Assembly: GCA_015661395.1 (NCBI GenBank)
Contig: JACWML010000002.1
Span: 9,630 to 73,629 of the forward strand
DNA from: Methanomicrobia archaeon
GTDB lineage: Archaea > Halobacteriota > Bog-38 > Methanoflorentales > Methanoflorentaceae
DNA: 64,000 bases
Direction: 5' to 3'
This document shows, one piece after another, positions 19,276 through 29,513 of the stretch. Each line of letters opens with the position of its first letter. Positions within the stretch are counted from its first letter, which is position 1. Both the position numbers and the translations under genes were made by a program. The notes beneath the pieces were generated by a model, which saw nothing but the letters and a program-made list of their open reading frames with translations, did not search any database and was not told the origin of the DNA.

Positions 19276-19998
19276 ATGCTTGTCGAATCTATCTCTTTTT
19301 TGTTGCTCGCTTTTCTCATCCTCCTGCTGCTCGTGGTGGGATTCGAGACCGTCGGTTTCAGACTGTCAGAAGCTGTGCTGATCTTTGTAGGATCAACTCT
19401 GTTGTTCCTGATTTCTTTTCCTTCGATATTGCTGTATTTTCGTGGTTCCTTGGGGATCGGCATTATTGACGTGCCGCTTGGTATCCTAGCATTTCAAGGC
19501 TTTTTTGTCGTTGGCCCGAATACCGACCTTGCTATCGGCTTTGATGTCGCCGGTTTTCTGATACCGTTCTTCATTTCGCTCAAGATGATGTTCGACCGAC
19601 GAAGCCCTATCAGAGCAAGTCTAATCGGAATCGCGTGTATTACCGCCGTTTCGTACTTAACTTCAGCGTACGTGGTAGGAGAAGGCGTCGTTATCTGGAA
19701 TATCTACGTTATCGCAATTGCCGCAAGCATCATAGGCATCGTGCTCGCAAAGAGGCAATGGAGAAGCGTAGGTCCTATTGCCTACGTGTCTGGTTCACTG
19801 GGTGTGTTGCTTGGTGCGGATCTCGTTCGCATCGGTGACATTCTTACCTATCAGCCGAGAGGCTTCGCGTTTGCTTCGATAGGGGGCGCAGGCGTTTTTG
19901 ATGCAATCTTCTTGGTCGGAGTTTTGGCGGTGACCATCGACGTCATCTTTGTAGAAAACGTGCGGCTGATCAATTGGATTCAGGGACGTTTGGCTTAG
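19276..19998 (+). CDS. polytopic integral membrane protein (possibly DUF1614-like)
   Basis: At least six hydrophobic helices run through the 240 aa. The family assignment is tentative. Confidence 0.6.
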   Translation: MLVESISFLLLAFLILLLLVVGFETVGFRLSEAVLIFVGSTLLFLISFPSILLYFRGSLGIGIIDVPLGILAFQGFFVVGPNTDLAIGFDVAGFLIPFFISLKMMFDRRSPIRASLIGIACITAVSYLTSAYVVGEGVVIWNIYVIAIAASIIGIVLAKRQWRSVGPIAYVSGSLGVLLGADLVRIGDILTYQPRGFAFASIGGAGVFDAIFLVGVLAVTIDVIFVENVRLINWIQGRLA

Positions 19999-20164
19999 CT
20001 CGGCAACTCTTTCCGTCACGACCTTCGATATCAACACACGGGACGAAACGTGGCGAATTCTCGCACAAACTGGTCCCGAAGAAAGCGTTTTATAGGTAGC
20101 TCTACAATAGTGGCTGTGAGAATACGTATGTACTCGAGGGATCGTCTTCTTTGTCAATTCGAGA

Positions 20165-21661
20165 ATGAATAATGAAGTAGTTACTTTTTTTGATACGACG
20201 CTCCGAGATGGAGAGCAAACGCCTAACGTTTCGCTCACCGACGAACAGAAGCTTACCATCGCAAAAGCGCTCGACAAGCTAGGCGTCGACGTGATCGAAG
20301 CCGGGTTTCCTATTTCCTCGAAAGGGGAATATAACGCGGTAAGAAGCATTGTCAATGCGGATCTAGGAACCACTATCTGCGGTCTCGCTCGCGTCGTTAA
20401 ACCAGATATCGATGCGTGCCTAGATGCAGGCGTAGGGCTAATTCATGTTTTTGCCTCAACGTCAGACGTGCAGTTGAAGCATTCAATGAAAAAGACGAGA
20501 CAGGAAGTGTATGATCTTTCGGTCGACGCAGTCGAATACGTTAAGGAGCACGGGACACAATGTCTCTTCTCTGCGATGGACGCCACTCGAACGGAACCGG
20601 AGTTTCTTCATCGCGTTTGTCGCGGCATAGAATCGGCCGGGGCCGACGTCATCAACATCCCGGATACCGTGGGCATTATGGCCCCCTCAAAGATGTTCAA
20701 CTTCATCAAGCGCATCAAAGGGGTTGTCAAAGTTCCTATCGACGTGCACTGCCACAACGACTTTGGTCTCGCTGTTGCCAATAGCCTGTCAGCGATCGAA
20801 GCCGGAGCCAACCAAGTACAAGTGACCGTAAATGGGATAGGTGAAAGGGCTGGGAACGCTGACCTCGCCCAAACGGCCATGGGCTTGTCGAGCATCTTTG
20901 GAGCTGAGCTGAATATCAATACTCAGTTCCTTCTCGAAACCTCACGGTTAGTGGAACGATTCACGAAGATCAACATGCCCCCCACAATGCCAATTGTCGG
21001 CGAAAACGCGTTCTCGCACGAATCAGGAATTCATTCTCGCGGGGTGATCGAACGTGCTGACACGTTTGAGCCAGGAATTATGACGCCCGAAATGGTCGGT
21101 CAGCGTCGCCGCCTCGTTGCTGGCAAACACGCCGGCAAGCACGCCGTGCGCGAAATGCTCAAGGACGCCCTTTTTGACGTCACTGAAGACGAGCTCGTGC
21201 GCATACTGGATCGCGTAAAGGAAATAGGCGATCAAGGCCGGCGAGTAACCGATGTCGACTTATACGCTATAGCTGAAGCGATCACAAATGAGGTGCTGAA
21301 GCCGACAATTCTGCTTGAGGAGCTGTCTGTGATGACGGGCAATCGCATCACTCCAACTGCAACGGTGAAAGCAGTTGTTGAGGGGAAGACGAAAATCGGG
21401 GCCCGTGTGGGCATTGGTCCAGTAGATGCCGCGATTAATGCAGTCCATGACATTCTTGGGGGCACCGACGTGCAATTAAGGACATTCAGAATCGACGCGA
21501 TCAGCGGTGGGACCGACGCACTTGCCGATGTCGTCATCGGTGTCGAAGATTCACGTGGAAACACGGTGACTGCTCGCGCTGCGCGAGGCGATATTGTAAT
21601 TGCATCGGTTGAGGCCATGATAAGCGCGATAAATCGCCTCAAAGCTAGAGACGGTGGGTAG
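20165..21661 (+). CDS. leuA: 2-isopropylmalate synthase / citramalate synthase family enzyme
   Basis: Motifs FDTTLRDGEQTP, VIEAGFPISSKGE and HCHNDFGLAVANSL match the family. It has a C-terminal LeuA-dimer regulatory domain. Confidence 0.8.
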   Translation: MNNEVVTFFDTTLRDGEQTPNVSLTDEQKLTIAKALDKLGVDVIEAGFPISSKGEYNAVRSIVNADLGTTICGLARVVKPDIDACLDAGVGLIHVFASTSDVQLKHSMKKTRQEVYDLSVDAVEYVKEHGTQCLFSAMDATRTEPEFLHRVCRGIESAGADVINIPDTVGIMAPSKMFNFIKRIKGVVKVPIDVHCHNDFGLAVANSLSAIEAGANQVQVTVNGIGERAGNADLAQTAMGLSSIFGAELNINTQFLLETSRLVERFTKINMPPTMPIVGENAFSHESGIHSRGVIERADTFEPGIMTPEMVGQRRRLVAGKHAGKHAVREMLKDALFDVTEDELVRILDRVKEIGDQGRRVTDVDLYAIAEAITNEVLKPTILLEELSVMTGNRITPTATVKAVVEGKTKIGARVGIGPVDAAINAVHDILGGTDVQLRTFRIDAISGGTDALADVVIGVEDSRGNTVTARAARGDIVIASVEAMISAINRLKARDGG

Positions 21662-21663
21662 CG

Positions 21664-22404
21664 TTGCGATGGGTTCTCGTCGACACGCATTGTCACATCG
21701 ATACGCCTGCTTTTGACGACGATCGACAATCCGTGATTGAGAGGGCGTTCGATGCGCAAATAGCGCTCATTAATTCGGGTATTAACCTCACATCGAATTG
21801 GGCGACGAAAGAATTGCTTCAGCACGAGAACGTGTACGCGGCTTACGGCCTAAGTCCGCTTCACATTGCCGAGAAAGAAGGCGTTGAGGAATTCATTCGG
21901 CGAAACGCAGATTCAGCAACCGCAGTTGGCGAAGTTGGGCTGGATTTTTACCATGTCAAATCGGGACATCAACGTGAGCTGCAAGAAAACGCGTTTGAGC
22001 AATTCATTCGGCTAAGTCAAGAGCTTGGCCTACCCCTTGTCATTCACAGCCGCGATGCCGAAGAGCGCGTCTTTGAGCTCGTGCACGGTGTTGATCAGGC
22101 AATCTATCACTGCTACGGGGGCAGTGTGGAGTTGCTCGAAAAGATCGTGGACTGTGGGCACTATATCTCAATTTCAACCAGAGTATGCCGGTCTGGGCAC
22201 CACCAGAAGCTCGTTGAGAAGGTCCCCAGGGATATGGTAGTCATTGAGACTGATAGCCCTTATCTAGCCGCGCGCAAGGGTCGAAACGAACCGTCGTTTG
22301 TAGGAGACGCGATTATCGCCATATCGCGGGTCTGGGACACAGAAATTGAAGACGCGGCGTCTATAGTCGCGGAGAACACTTGTAGGGCTTTTAATCTTGG
22401 ATAA
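21664..22404 (+). CDS. tatD: TatD-family metal-dependent hydrolase
   Basis: Motifs are VDTHCHIDTPAFDDD, GEVGLDFYH, VIHSRDA and ETDSPYL. It starts 2 nt after the leuA stop. Confidence 0.8.
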   Translation: MRWVLVDTHCHIDTPAFDDDRQSVIERAFDAQIALINSGINLTSNWATKELLQHENVYAAYGLSPLHIAEKEGVEEFIRRNADSATAVGEVGLDFYHVKSGHQRELQENAFEQFIRLSQELGLPLVIHSRDAEERVFELVHGVDQAIYHCYGGSVELLEKIVDCGHYISISTRVCRSGHHQKLVEKVPRDMVVIETDSPYLAARKGRNEPSFVGDAIIAISRVWDTEIEDAASIVAENTCRAFNLG

Positions 22405-22499
22405 AGAGGCATATCTTGGGCGAATAAAAGAAAAACATATATAGCACGCCGCCAGTACATTAATTTGCCATTTTTGCAATTGCAGGAGTCTTAGCATTT

Positions 22500-23057
22500 A
22501 TGCCTCCCCATATCCCCCATATTAAAGACCGATTCAAGATTAGGACGATAATTCGACGGCGCGAAAACGCCCGCAAGGGCATTGGGCTGCTCGTTGATGG
22601 GCCTAACATGCTTCGGAAGGAATTTCAGATCGACCTGGAAGAAATACGCAATACCCTAAAGGAATTCGGCGACATCAAGGTAGGTAGGGTCTACCTGAAC
22701 CAGTATGCCTCTGAGAAACTCGTTGAGGCAGTCGAGAACCAAGGATTTGAGCCGGTGGTCAGCTCGAGTGACGTTGACGTTCGACTTGCCGTTGAAGCTA
22801 CGGAACTCATTTTCAATCCTAATATAGACATTATCGCAATAGTGACCCGAGATGCTGATTTTAAGCCTGTGCTTTCAAAAGCGATGGAGCATGGCAAAGA
22901 GACCATCATATTCGGAGCAGAGCCTGGGTTTTCGACCGCGCTTAAAAATCTCGCTGACGTTGTTGTAATATTGAGCGAGACACCAGCGACCAATGTCGCT
23001 GCGAGAGAAAAGTTTACCGCTAAAGAAGAGGAAGAAGTTTACCCAAAACCCGCGTAA
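22500..23057 (+). CDS. NYN/LabA-like (PIN-related) domain protein
   Basis: GLLVDGPNMLRK...DVDVRLAVEATELI...IIAIVTRDADFKPV fits the NYN ribonuclease-fold acidic pattern. Confidence 0.6.
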   Translation: MPPHIPHIKDRFKIRTIIRRRENARKGIGLLVDGPNMLRKEFQIDLEEIRNTLKEFGDIKVGRVYLNQYASEKLVEAVENQGFEPVVSSSDVDVRLAVEATELIFNPNIDIIAIVTRDADFKPVLSKAMEHGKETIIFGAEPGFSTALKNLADVVVILSETPATNVAAREKFTAKEEEEVYPKPA

Positions 23058-23090
23058 CACCTCAAGTCATGCCCGAACCCAGAAGGTGAG

Positions 23091-23456
23091 CTACGCGCCC
23101 TGCGGCGCAGTACCCCCTCCGAGGGCTTTTTGCAGCTGCTGCTGGAGTTGTTGAAAACGCGTTTGAACGCGTTCTTCCTGTCTTTCGAGGCTCTTCAAAC
23201 GTACATCATACGTCTCTTTCTTTTCCCTTAGCTCAGCTTTCACCTCGTCTTTGTTCGAGCGTACGAGGATCATTCCAACGGTCTTGAAGATAACCGCTTT
23301 TTCGTCCAGCTTGTCGAGCTCAACGAGGGTTTGGTTAGCTTCGTTCAAGGCGAGTTCGAGTTGACTTCGCTGAACAGCAAGCGCTTGTGCTTGCTGTTGA
23401 AGTTGTTGCAATTGAGCGACTTGATTTTGAATTTGGGGTGGTAGTTCGGTACTCAT
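23091..23456 (-). CDS. pfdB: prefoldin beta subunit
   Basis: It is a 121-aa coiled-coil protein (QNQVAQLQQLQQQAQAL...IFKTVGMILV...LERQEERV). Its position in the superoperon is typical. Confidence 0.85.
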   Translation of the reverse strand: MSTELPPQIQNQVAQLQQLQQQAQALAVQRSQLELALNEANQTLVELDKLDEKAVIFKTVGMILVRSNKDEVKAELREKKETYDVRLKSLERQEERVQTRFQQLQQQLQKALGGGTAPQGA

Positions 23457-23502
23457 TCAAGATTCTCCTTGAGGAGCGTTTTTCAAGCGGTTACAGTTTC
23501 GC

Positions 23503-23757
23503 TTAATTCTTTAAAGTATCTACGACAAGTTCGTCGACTTCTGTAGCAACCAGCGCCAATCTCAGCCACGAATTTGTCGCTGACCGGCATGAGGCGACGT
23601 CCGAAGCTGTGATGTCGATGATTAGCTTCTCTGCAGTCTCTCGTACAATCACAGCAGAGCGTGTCCCGGCGATGGCGATGGTCTCCAATTCAGGAGTAAT
23701 CGATCGGTACAAATAGTCTGCGTTTTGCGTTTCTATGACATACGTTGAATGGAGCAT
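23503..23757 (-). CDS. pcc1: KEOPS complex subunit Pcc1
   Basis: The 84-aa protein reads KLIIDITASDVASCRSATNSWLRLALVATEV. This matches the Pcc1 pattern (L.I...A.D...LRa..NS.lR.i). Confidence 0.65.
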   Translation of the reverse strand: MLHSTYVIETQNADYLYRSITPELETIAIAGTRSAVIVRETAEKLIIDITASDVASCRSATNSWLRLALVATEVDELVVDTLKN

Positions 23758-23761
23758 TTGC

Positions 23762-23920
23762 CTAAAGGACCTTCACTTTCTTGATGATAGTAGGCCGCTC
23801 CTTTATCAATATTCTATGGCCGCAGTAAGGACACCTGATTCCGCCGTACTCGGACTCTACTTCAACCTCGCGCTTGCACCGAATGCATTTGTAAACCGTG
23901 AAATCACCTCGCAGCTTCAA
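23762..23920 (-). CDS. rpoP: DNA-directed RNA polymerase subunit P (Rpo12/RpoP), 52 aa, absent from the ORF track
   Basis: Hand translation gives (TTG)[52 protein letters not shown]. It carries a CxxC..CxxC zinc ribbon. The TTG start overlaps the L37ae stop. The Pcc1 ATG lies 5 nt after its stop. Confidence 0.8.
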   Translation of the reverse strand: MKLRGDFTVYKCIRCKREVEVESEYGGIRCPYCGHRILIKERPTIIKKVKVL

Positions 23921-24213
23921 ATCTGTTCTTTTTCCTCATTTGCGCGGCGAATCGAGCGCGCGACGGTTTTGCCGACTGAGGTCTCCGGGAGGTATGCACC
24001 TCCGGCAAACGTTGTTTGGCACTTCGCGCACACCCATATCCCCGTACCCTTTCGAGAGACCGCCTTTCGCCCACACGCGGGACATTTGTGCGCTTGGTGC
24101 ATCGCCTCTTCTACGTCGGCAATTCTTTTGCGGATCTTGCGGCCGTATCGCGGGCCGAACCGGCCTGCGGAACGGGTCTTTCTTCCCTTCTTGCGCGCGC
24201 CTTTCTTAACCAT
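23917..24213 (-). CDS. rpl37ae: 50S ribosomal protein L37Ae
   Basis: The sequence is [24 protein letters not shown]...[24 protein letters not shown]. The ATG at 24213 was verified. The ORF track extends upstream to 24333. Confidence 0.9.
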   Translation of the reverse strand: MVKKGARKKGRKTRSAGRFGPRYGRKIRKRIADVEEAMHQAHKCPACGRKAVSRKGTGIWVCAKCQTTFAGGAYLPETSVGKTVARSIRRANEEKEQI

Positions 24214-24991
24214 CCGTTGAACCACCAAAAAGATCATCTCTGATCTGCATGGCTTTGCTGCTCGCGAGCTTAACGATACGCGCGATCTCTTCCACGGAGA
24301 GCGTTCCAGTTCCGCTTTTCTGCATTCCTGCAAGCGCTCCTTGCAAGCCGGAGATGACCGTTAGTTTCGAAGACGCGATAGTCTCTTCATCCAGCGAGGG
24401 ATCCAGCATGATCTCGCCGTCGAGGTCAACCGCGGTCACCGCGACCGGAGATTCCTTGATCGGTAGCGGGGCGTCAGGCCCGTAGCCATATCGTTCACAG
24501 GGTTTCTTTGCGTTTACGAGCGCAGCGAGCGCTCCCAGAGCGGCCGCGTCCATGAGATTTCCATCGTGGTCTAGGACGTGTACGTCAATGAAAATGAGCC
24601 ACACTTTGCCGTCCGGCAGTGTTAGTTGCGATAAGTCAATGGCTCCAGATTCTCGAACGCCGCGGTCCACCACACGTGCGAGCTCAATCGCGTTTTCATC
24701 GGGTGGACCCGGTTCAAAGGACGGAGATGCCAGTGGCACCAGCTCCACGTTGGTTATTATCACACCCGTGTCAGGCGCATCTGGAAAAGGCTCTCCTGGT
24801 TGAACCTTTACACCAACGAGAACCTGTGTGTTGCCTATCTTTACTCTCGCGGAGCCTTCGGCTTTACCTATCAACCCTACTTCGACCTGTATCGGCCGAT
24901 ACTCATCAAGGGCCCGCCCATCTGCCCTTTCGCTTCGCTTGGCAAGCTCGTAAATATAATCTCTTTTTATCTCAGCAATGACGTCATTCAT
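24206..24991 (-). CDS. rrp42: exosome complex subunit Rrp42 (RNase PH-like, inactive)
   Basis: It contains [40 protein letters not shown]. It occupies the third position of the rrp4-rrp41-rrp42 operon. Confidence 0.85.
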   Translation of the reverse strand: MNDVIAEIKRDYIYELAKRSERADGRALDEYRPIQVEVGLIGKAEGSARVKIGNTQVLVGVKVQPGEPFPDAPDTGVIITNVELVPLASPSFEPGPPDENAIELARVVDRGVRESGAIDLSQLTLPDGKVWLIFIDVHVLDHDGNLMDAAALGALAALVNAKKPCERYGYGPDAPLPIKESPVAVTAVDLDGEIMLDPSLDEETIASSKLTVISGLQGALAGMQKSGTGTLSVEEIARIVKLASSKAMQIRDDLFGGSTDG

Positions 24992-25694
24992 CTTCTTCCC
25001 CTCGATACTTCTGAATTAGGGCTTCTCTTTGCATTTTTGCAATGCTGGCACAACCGATCTTACCGAGTTCCAGCGCCTGTTCAAACTCGTCCAGCGTCAA
25101 ATGGCCGTCCATCTGGAGCAGCGTAACTTCTCCAGTCCGCACATCCATGGCGACTGGCATGTCTGCTTGGCCATAGTTGTCCTCCTCCTTCACGAGATCC
25201 AAGACAACCGTGTCATCCACCTTGCCGACTGCACACGACGAGATGAGGCCGCGCATGGGAACTCCCGCATCGGCCAGTGCAACAGAAGCCGCATTTATCC
25301 CGGCTGATCGAGTGCCGGCATCTGCTTGAAGAATCTCCACGAAGATGTCGATTGTCGACCTGGGATAAAACTCTTTGATGATGACGGGATCAATCGCCTC
25401 CCTGCTCACCTTTGAGATCTCTATACTCCTCCGGTCAGGGCCTGGTCGCCGCCGCTCCTCTACTGAAAAAGACGCCATATTGTAGCGGTACCGGATGATC
25501 GCACGGTTTGCTTGCTGCAGGTGACGCGGATGTACTGCCCGTGGCCCGTAAACGGCGGCCATGATCTTGTTTCCACCGTGCTCGACATAACACGAGCCAT
25601 CGGCCCGTTCAAGTGCGCCAACCTCAAACTTGATTGGACGTAGCTCATTCGGGAGCCGATTGTCTATTCTCTTACCGTTTTTCATGAACTCCAT
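24984..25694 (-). CDS. rrp41: exosome complex exonuclease Rrp41 (RNase PH domain)
   Basis: Family-matching segments are [43 protein letters not shown] and [20 protein letters not shown]. Confidence 0.9.
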   Translation of the reverse strand: MEFMKNGKRIDNRLPNELRPIKFEVGALERADGSCYVEHGGNKIMAAVYGPRAVHPRHLQQANRAIIRYRYNMASFSVEERRRPGPDRRSIEISKVSREAIDPVIIKEFYPRSTIDIFVEILQADAGTRSAGINAASVALADAGVPMRGLISSCAVGKVDDTVVLDLVKEEDNYGQADMPVAMDVRTGEVTLLQMDGHLTLDEFEQALELGKIGCASIAKMQREALIQKYRGEEDE

Positions 25695-26364
25695 GCTTTT
25701 CTTCCTCTAACAACTTGGTTATCCTATCTGTGAGTCCCGACGTATGCGCCTCTTGCTCGATTCGTTTGATTACTTTGACGGCGAGATCCTCGTCTTCTAC
25801 TTTCCCGTTGATCCAAATGCGGCCATTTTTCCCGACGAAAATGTTTACGTCGAGTTTACTCTTGAGCAGGCTTATCATCGACCCTGCCCGGCCGATAACG
25901 CGCGGGACTTTTGTATACGACACCTCGACGACTCTGCCACTTCGCAGCACACGCAGTTGGCCTTCTCGTGGCGCGAGTTCAATCTTCATGGATGGATCCA
26001 CGTCTACAACCTTGAATATCGCGAGGTCGCCCACGCCCATAATCTTGGCCATTTCGCTCGATTCGATGCGGCGAGGATATTCTGATATATGCATGAGCGC
26101 TTCGTATGGTGAGTTAATGTCGACCTTCCAATTCGAGAAGCTGATGTCTGATACCATTCCGACGACCACGTCACCAGTCGCAGGAAGATATTTTCCCGAA
26201 AGCGGTATTACCCGTACTTTTTCCCTTTCGTCAGCAAGCCCGTATATGAGTGAGTAGACTTTCCCGTTTTCAACGTAGGTTCCTTCTGCAGCTTTAGCTG
26301 CGTCTTCAGAAAGTAGATCCCCCGGCACGACGATCGTCTTATCGACTTTTTCTTGCTTCTTCAT
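25672..26364 (-). CDS. rrp4: exosome complex RNA-binding subunit Rrp4 (S1 + KH)
   Basis: It has an N-terminal domain, an S1 domain ([20 protein letters not shown]) and a KH domain ([15 protein letters not shown]). Confidence 0.85.
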   Translation of the reverse strand: MKKQEKVDKTIVVPGDLLSEDAAKAAEGTYVENGKVYSLIYGLADEREKVRVIPLSGKYLPATGDVVVGMVSDISFSNWKVDINSPYEALMHISEYPRRIESSEMAKIMGVGDLAIFKVVDVDPSMKIELAPREGQLRVLRSGRVVEVSYTKVPRVIGRAGSMISLLKSKLDVNIFVGKNGRIWINGKVEDEDLAVKVIKRIEQEAHTSGLTDRITKLLEEEKHGVHEKR

Positions 26365-27071
26365 TTTTGCCCTTCCCGGGTAATGATTCGCGTCTCGGCT
26401 TCCCCTCTTGATAGTCGATTTACGAGCGCATAGAAATCATTTTGCAGTCCTGCAGGAAACCGGACCACGCCGATCCAAGAGCCGTCCTTTTGCCACTCAT
26501 GTCTCACTATCTTTCCAAAGCGCTGGATGGGGCCCTGCGATTTTGCGGCGTAATGGGCTGGCACCTTAACGGCGATGTTGACCTCCTCGAATCTGATGGG
26601 TATTAGCGGCCGGATTGCCTTCAAAGCGACATTCACTTGCTCGTCGACGCTTTTAAGGGGGTCTATGTTCACCTTTGCTTCTTCAAGTGCTTTTTCTATT
26701 CTCTGTGGTGGATGAGGCAGGCCCGTTTGGGGATTTATGGCATTAGCAGCTATGGTCGTGATCACTTGCTTTCGCTTGTGTTCTTGGATCTTGCGCCTTT
26801 GCTGAGCGGTAAGATGCAGTTCACCTTCTGTGATGATCCGCTTTGCTATGGCCGCTGGATCGGTGGTACTAAACGTGTGCTTGAGGCTCTCGTCCGACGC
26901 TTTTTCCCCTTTGGATGCATCCTTGAATATCTCTTCAATCGCAAGAACACCATCCAGATCAATATCCCCGCCTTCTCGCAATAGTAATGCATTTTCGGGG
27001 TCAGCGAGCACTTCAAAGTGTTCCCCCCCTCTCGCAAATCGAGCTACAACTGCGTTATCGAGAGACACCAT
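26361..27071 (-). CDS. sdo1: SBDS (Shwachman-Bodian-Diamond) family ribosome maturation protein
   Basis: The FYSH-domain N-terminus reads AVVARFARGGEHFEVLADPENAL. The size (236 aa) and superoperon position fit. Confidence 0.8.
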   Translation of the reverse strand: MVSLDNAVVARFARGGEHFEVLADPENALLLREGGDIDLDGVLAIEEIFKDASKGEKASDESLKHTFSTTDPAAIAKRIITEGELHLTAQQRRKIQEHKRKQVITTIAANAINPQTGLPHPPQRIEKALEEAKVNIDPLKSVDEQVNVALKAIRPLIPIRFEEVNIAVKVPAHYAAKSQGPIQRFGKIVRHEWQKDGSWIGVVRFPAGLQNDFYALVNRLSRGEAETRIITREGQK

Positions 27072-27129
27072 CTGGACCTACTCCTCCGTGCGCTGTTCGT
27101 TTATGCGAGCGCAAAAGGATGCAAAACCA

Positions 27130-27867
27130 TTACTCTTGAGGCTTCGACTCGAGCACACTTTTCACGTGCGCCTCGAGGTCATCCATGCCTAGCTTCCTAA
27201 ATCGGTTATCTTCCGCGTATATAGCAGCGACTTCGATGGTATCAATTGTAATCTTGCCTTCCGTCGCCTTGTACAGCGCTTCAAGCCCAAGTTTTATGGC
27301 GCTGTCAATGTCGGCGTTTTCGTCATACTTCTCTTCGAGAAACTCCATGACGGCATTTCGCCCTGAACCAATCCCCGTCGCCTTTACCATCAAAAGGGCA
27401 CCGCTCGGATCCGTTTCAAAAAGTCGTGGCCCCGAGTCATCAATCCCGCCGATGAGAAGTGCTGTCCCGTAAGGCCTAACCCCTCCGTATTGCGTGAACG
27501 TCTGCTTATGGTCGGCGATTTTTTTCGCTAGCGTTTCAACGGCAATAGGTTCGTTATACACGACGCGGTTGATTTGCGCGTCGACACGGGCACGGTCGAC
27601 TAATGCTCTAGCGTCAGCCACGAGGCCGGAAGTCACCGCGCCTATGTGATCATCCACTTGGAAGATCTTCTCGGTGGATTGGGGCTCCAGAAGCCGACTT
27701 GAGATACGCTTATCGACGAGCAGAGCTACGCCGTCCTTTGCTTTTATGCCGACCGATGTAGTGCCTCGTTTTACAGCTTCGCGCGCATATTCGACTTGAA
27801 AGAGTCTACCGTCTGGTGAAAACACGGTGATAGCTCTGTCGTAACCCATTTGTGGTGCCATCTGCAT
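27130..27867 (-). CDS. psmA: proteasome alpha subunit
   Basis: GYDRAITVFSPDGRLFQVEYAREAVKRGTTSVGIK is the canonical alpha-subunit N-terminus. Confidence 0.92.
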   Translation of the reverse strand: MQMAPQMGYDRAITVFSPDGRLFQVEYAREAVKRGTTSVGIKAKDGVALLVDKRISSRLLEPQSTEKIFQVDDHIGAVTSGLVADARALVDRARVDAQINRVVYNEPIAVETLAKKIADHKQTFTQYGGVRPYGTALLIGGIDDSGPRLFETDPSGALLMVKATGIGSGRNAVMEFLEEKYDENADIDSAIKLGLEALYKATEGKITIDTIEVAAIYAEDNRFRKLGMDDLEAHVKSVLESKPQE

Positions 27868-28370
27868 TATATTAGCCTCTCATTGTCATCGATCGTGATG
27901 CCGATGAATTGGACGCCAGCACGATCAACAATTTCCCTATCTTCTGGAATTATATCAATTTCCTTGCCACGCATCCTCACTGCTTTCCCGGACACGGGCA
28001 CTGTCACATAAGAAGATATAATGCGTCGTATTCTCTCGTCAATTTGTAAATACTTTTCTATGGCAGCCTTTATTGTTCCGGAAGTGCCTACGACCGTCGC
28101 GCGAACCCGATTGTTCTCGATTTTGCCGATGGTTGCTAATGTCGCTTGTACGTCGGGCACGTGACGGTAGTGACAACGCACAAGCCCTTTTGTGCCATCA
28201 AACATAACGACTTTAATTCCCAACTTACTCACTCCGACGTCCCCAAACAGGCTTTTCGCAGCTTTGAAGATTTCTGCTTGTAAATCCCGCGTTCTTACAG
28301 GTTCTTCAGAGCTGAGCGTGAAGGCCACGTACCGAAAGCTGTCTCGCAAAGTAGGTCGGAGTGGTTTCAT
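27867..28370 (-). CDS. rnp2: RNase P protein component 2 (Pop5/Rpp14 family) with about 50-aa C-terminal extension
   Basis: The sequence is MKPLRPTLRDSFRYVAFTLSS...GLVRCHYRHVPDVQATLATI...VVGTSGTIKAA. The ATG at 28370 forms an ATGA overlap with the Rpp30 stop. The ORF track N-terminal extension to 28559 overlaps Rpp30 and is not credible. Confidence 0.75.
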   Translation of the reverse strand: MKPLRPTLRDSFRYVAFTLSSEEPVRTRDLQAEIFKAAKSLFGDVGVSKLGIKVVMFDGTKGLVRCHYRHVPDVQATLATIGKIENNRVRATVVGTSGTIKAAIEKYLQIDERIRRIISSYVTVPVSGKAVRMRGKEIDIIPEDREIVDRAGVQFIGITIDDNERLI

Positions 28371-29026
28371 ACGCGCGCCTTTTCTTTCTGTGTGCTGCGT
28401 TTGATGATATTTTGCGGCGCACTCGATAAAGCGGCCGTCGCTTCCTTGTCTTCTAGTGGTATAAACCGTGCGAGTGCTTTTAATTGGCGAGGAGCCCGCA
28501 GGTCGAAATGTGAATAGGCATCGCTCGTAATAACGATTGGTACACCAAACTTCTGGCATAATGCGACGTTTTGATGCTGGAGCGCGAGCGCACGAGACCT
28601 CTCAATTTCTCTTGTTTTCCAGAAGTAGCCAAAGCTCAAGCCTAGCGCGACGCCGTTTTTCTCGGCGATTTTAGCTGTCACCTGGTTTAGACCGCCTCGC
28701 TTACCTCGTTCCGGGTGCATTAGAAGATCCACGCGGTCGTCACTGCAAGCAGCCCTGTTGATTCGTTCATCCCCACCGTGCACACTTATGATGGGAGCTG
28801 TGTCGCTGAAGAACGCAATTTTCTTACGCAGATCGCGAACGCTATGCGCGACAATTTCTATTCCTGAAATGACGCTCGAATCAGAAAACTGAGACCAATA
28901 AGGCGAATGCGTTGTTACCCCAATGGTAGCGAAGCCAAGGCTCCGAGCAACGAGGTTAAGCCTTTTCGGCGTGTCTGCTCCTTCGGGAAACGCGTGAACG
29001 CTTATATCGACGTAGTCAGGCATCAT
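28367..29026 (-). CDS. rnp3: RNase P protein component 3 (Rpp30 family, PHP-like TIM barrel)
   Basis: The sequence is MMPDYVDISVHAFPEG...LGFATIGVTTHS...GVPIVITSDA. The start at 29026 or 29023 avoids overlap with the upstream gene. The ORF track start is 29065. Confidence 0.75.
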   Translation of the reverse strand: MMPDYVDISVHAFPEGADTPKRLNLVARSLGFATIGVTTHSPYWSQFSDSSVISGIEIVAHSVRDLRKKIAFFSDTAPIISVHGGDERINRAACSDDRVDLLMHPERGKRGGLNQVTAKIAEKNGVALGLSFGYFWKTREIERSRALALQHQNVALCQKFGVPIVITSDAYSHFDLRAPRQLKALARFIPLEDKEATAALSSAPQNIIKRSTQKEKARV

Positions 29027-29498
29027 CAAAGAGGTCGCGAGTAATCCGCGTTGCGGTCTCGACACGAGCTGGATATGCCGCTATCTTTGCGCGCAGCACT
29101 ATTGGGTCTTCTTTCCCTTGCCGGAGGAAACCGCGTGCGGCAGCCTGTTTGTCAAATTTCATAACGAGTGTGCACCGTTGGCTGAGGTGCTGCGGGATTT
29201 CTTCTCGCAGTTCCGTTAACTCATCTTTTGGGAGCTTCTTCTTGATCGCGCCAATGATGTGGCGAGTCTCAGATGCTTTTTCGGTTCGTGCGGTGAGAAT
29301 GATCATGGGATTTCCAAAGTGTCCCGAAACCGGCAGGCGATCGACGCTGACGTGTTCGGGTACGATTAAGCGCAGGGCTGCTAGAACTTTGCTTTCATTC
29401 TCAGTAGCGTGGGCGAAAACACTGACGGAGATGCTGTGAATTGCTTTTTTAGGCCTGCGCGATGTGTCACTGCCATTCACGACAAGAAGCAAATTCAA
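29016..29498 (-). CDS. RNA-binding protein of the exosome superoperon (COG1325 / PF01877-like)
   Basis: It contains SISVSVFAHATENESKVLAAL, and its conserved position is immediately upstream of rnp3. Confidence 0.6.
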   Translation of the reverse strand: MNLLLVVNGSDTSRRPKKAIHSISVSVFAHATENESKVLAALRLIVPEHVSVDRLPVSGHFGNPMIILTARTEKASETRHIIGAIKKKLPKDELTELREEIPQHLSQRCTLVMKFDKQAAARGFLRQGKEDPIVLRAKIAAYPARVETATRITRDLFDDA

Positions 29499-29513
29499 TC
29501 CTCAGGAAAGAGC

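Noticed and set aside
28371-28559. N-terminal extension of the Pop5 ORF. The same applies to upstream extensions of L37ae to 24333, the thermosome to 41714, acyP to 47486 and amt to 54135.
   Set aside because: The extensions overlap upstream genes or lack family similarity. Internal starts with SD sequences or ATGA coupling give proteins that begin at the conserved N-termini.
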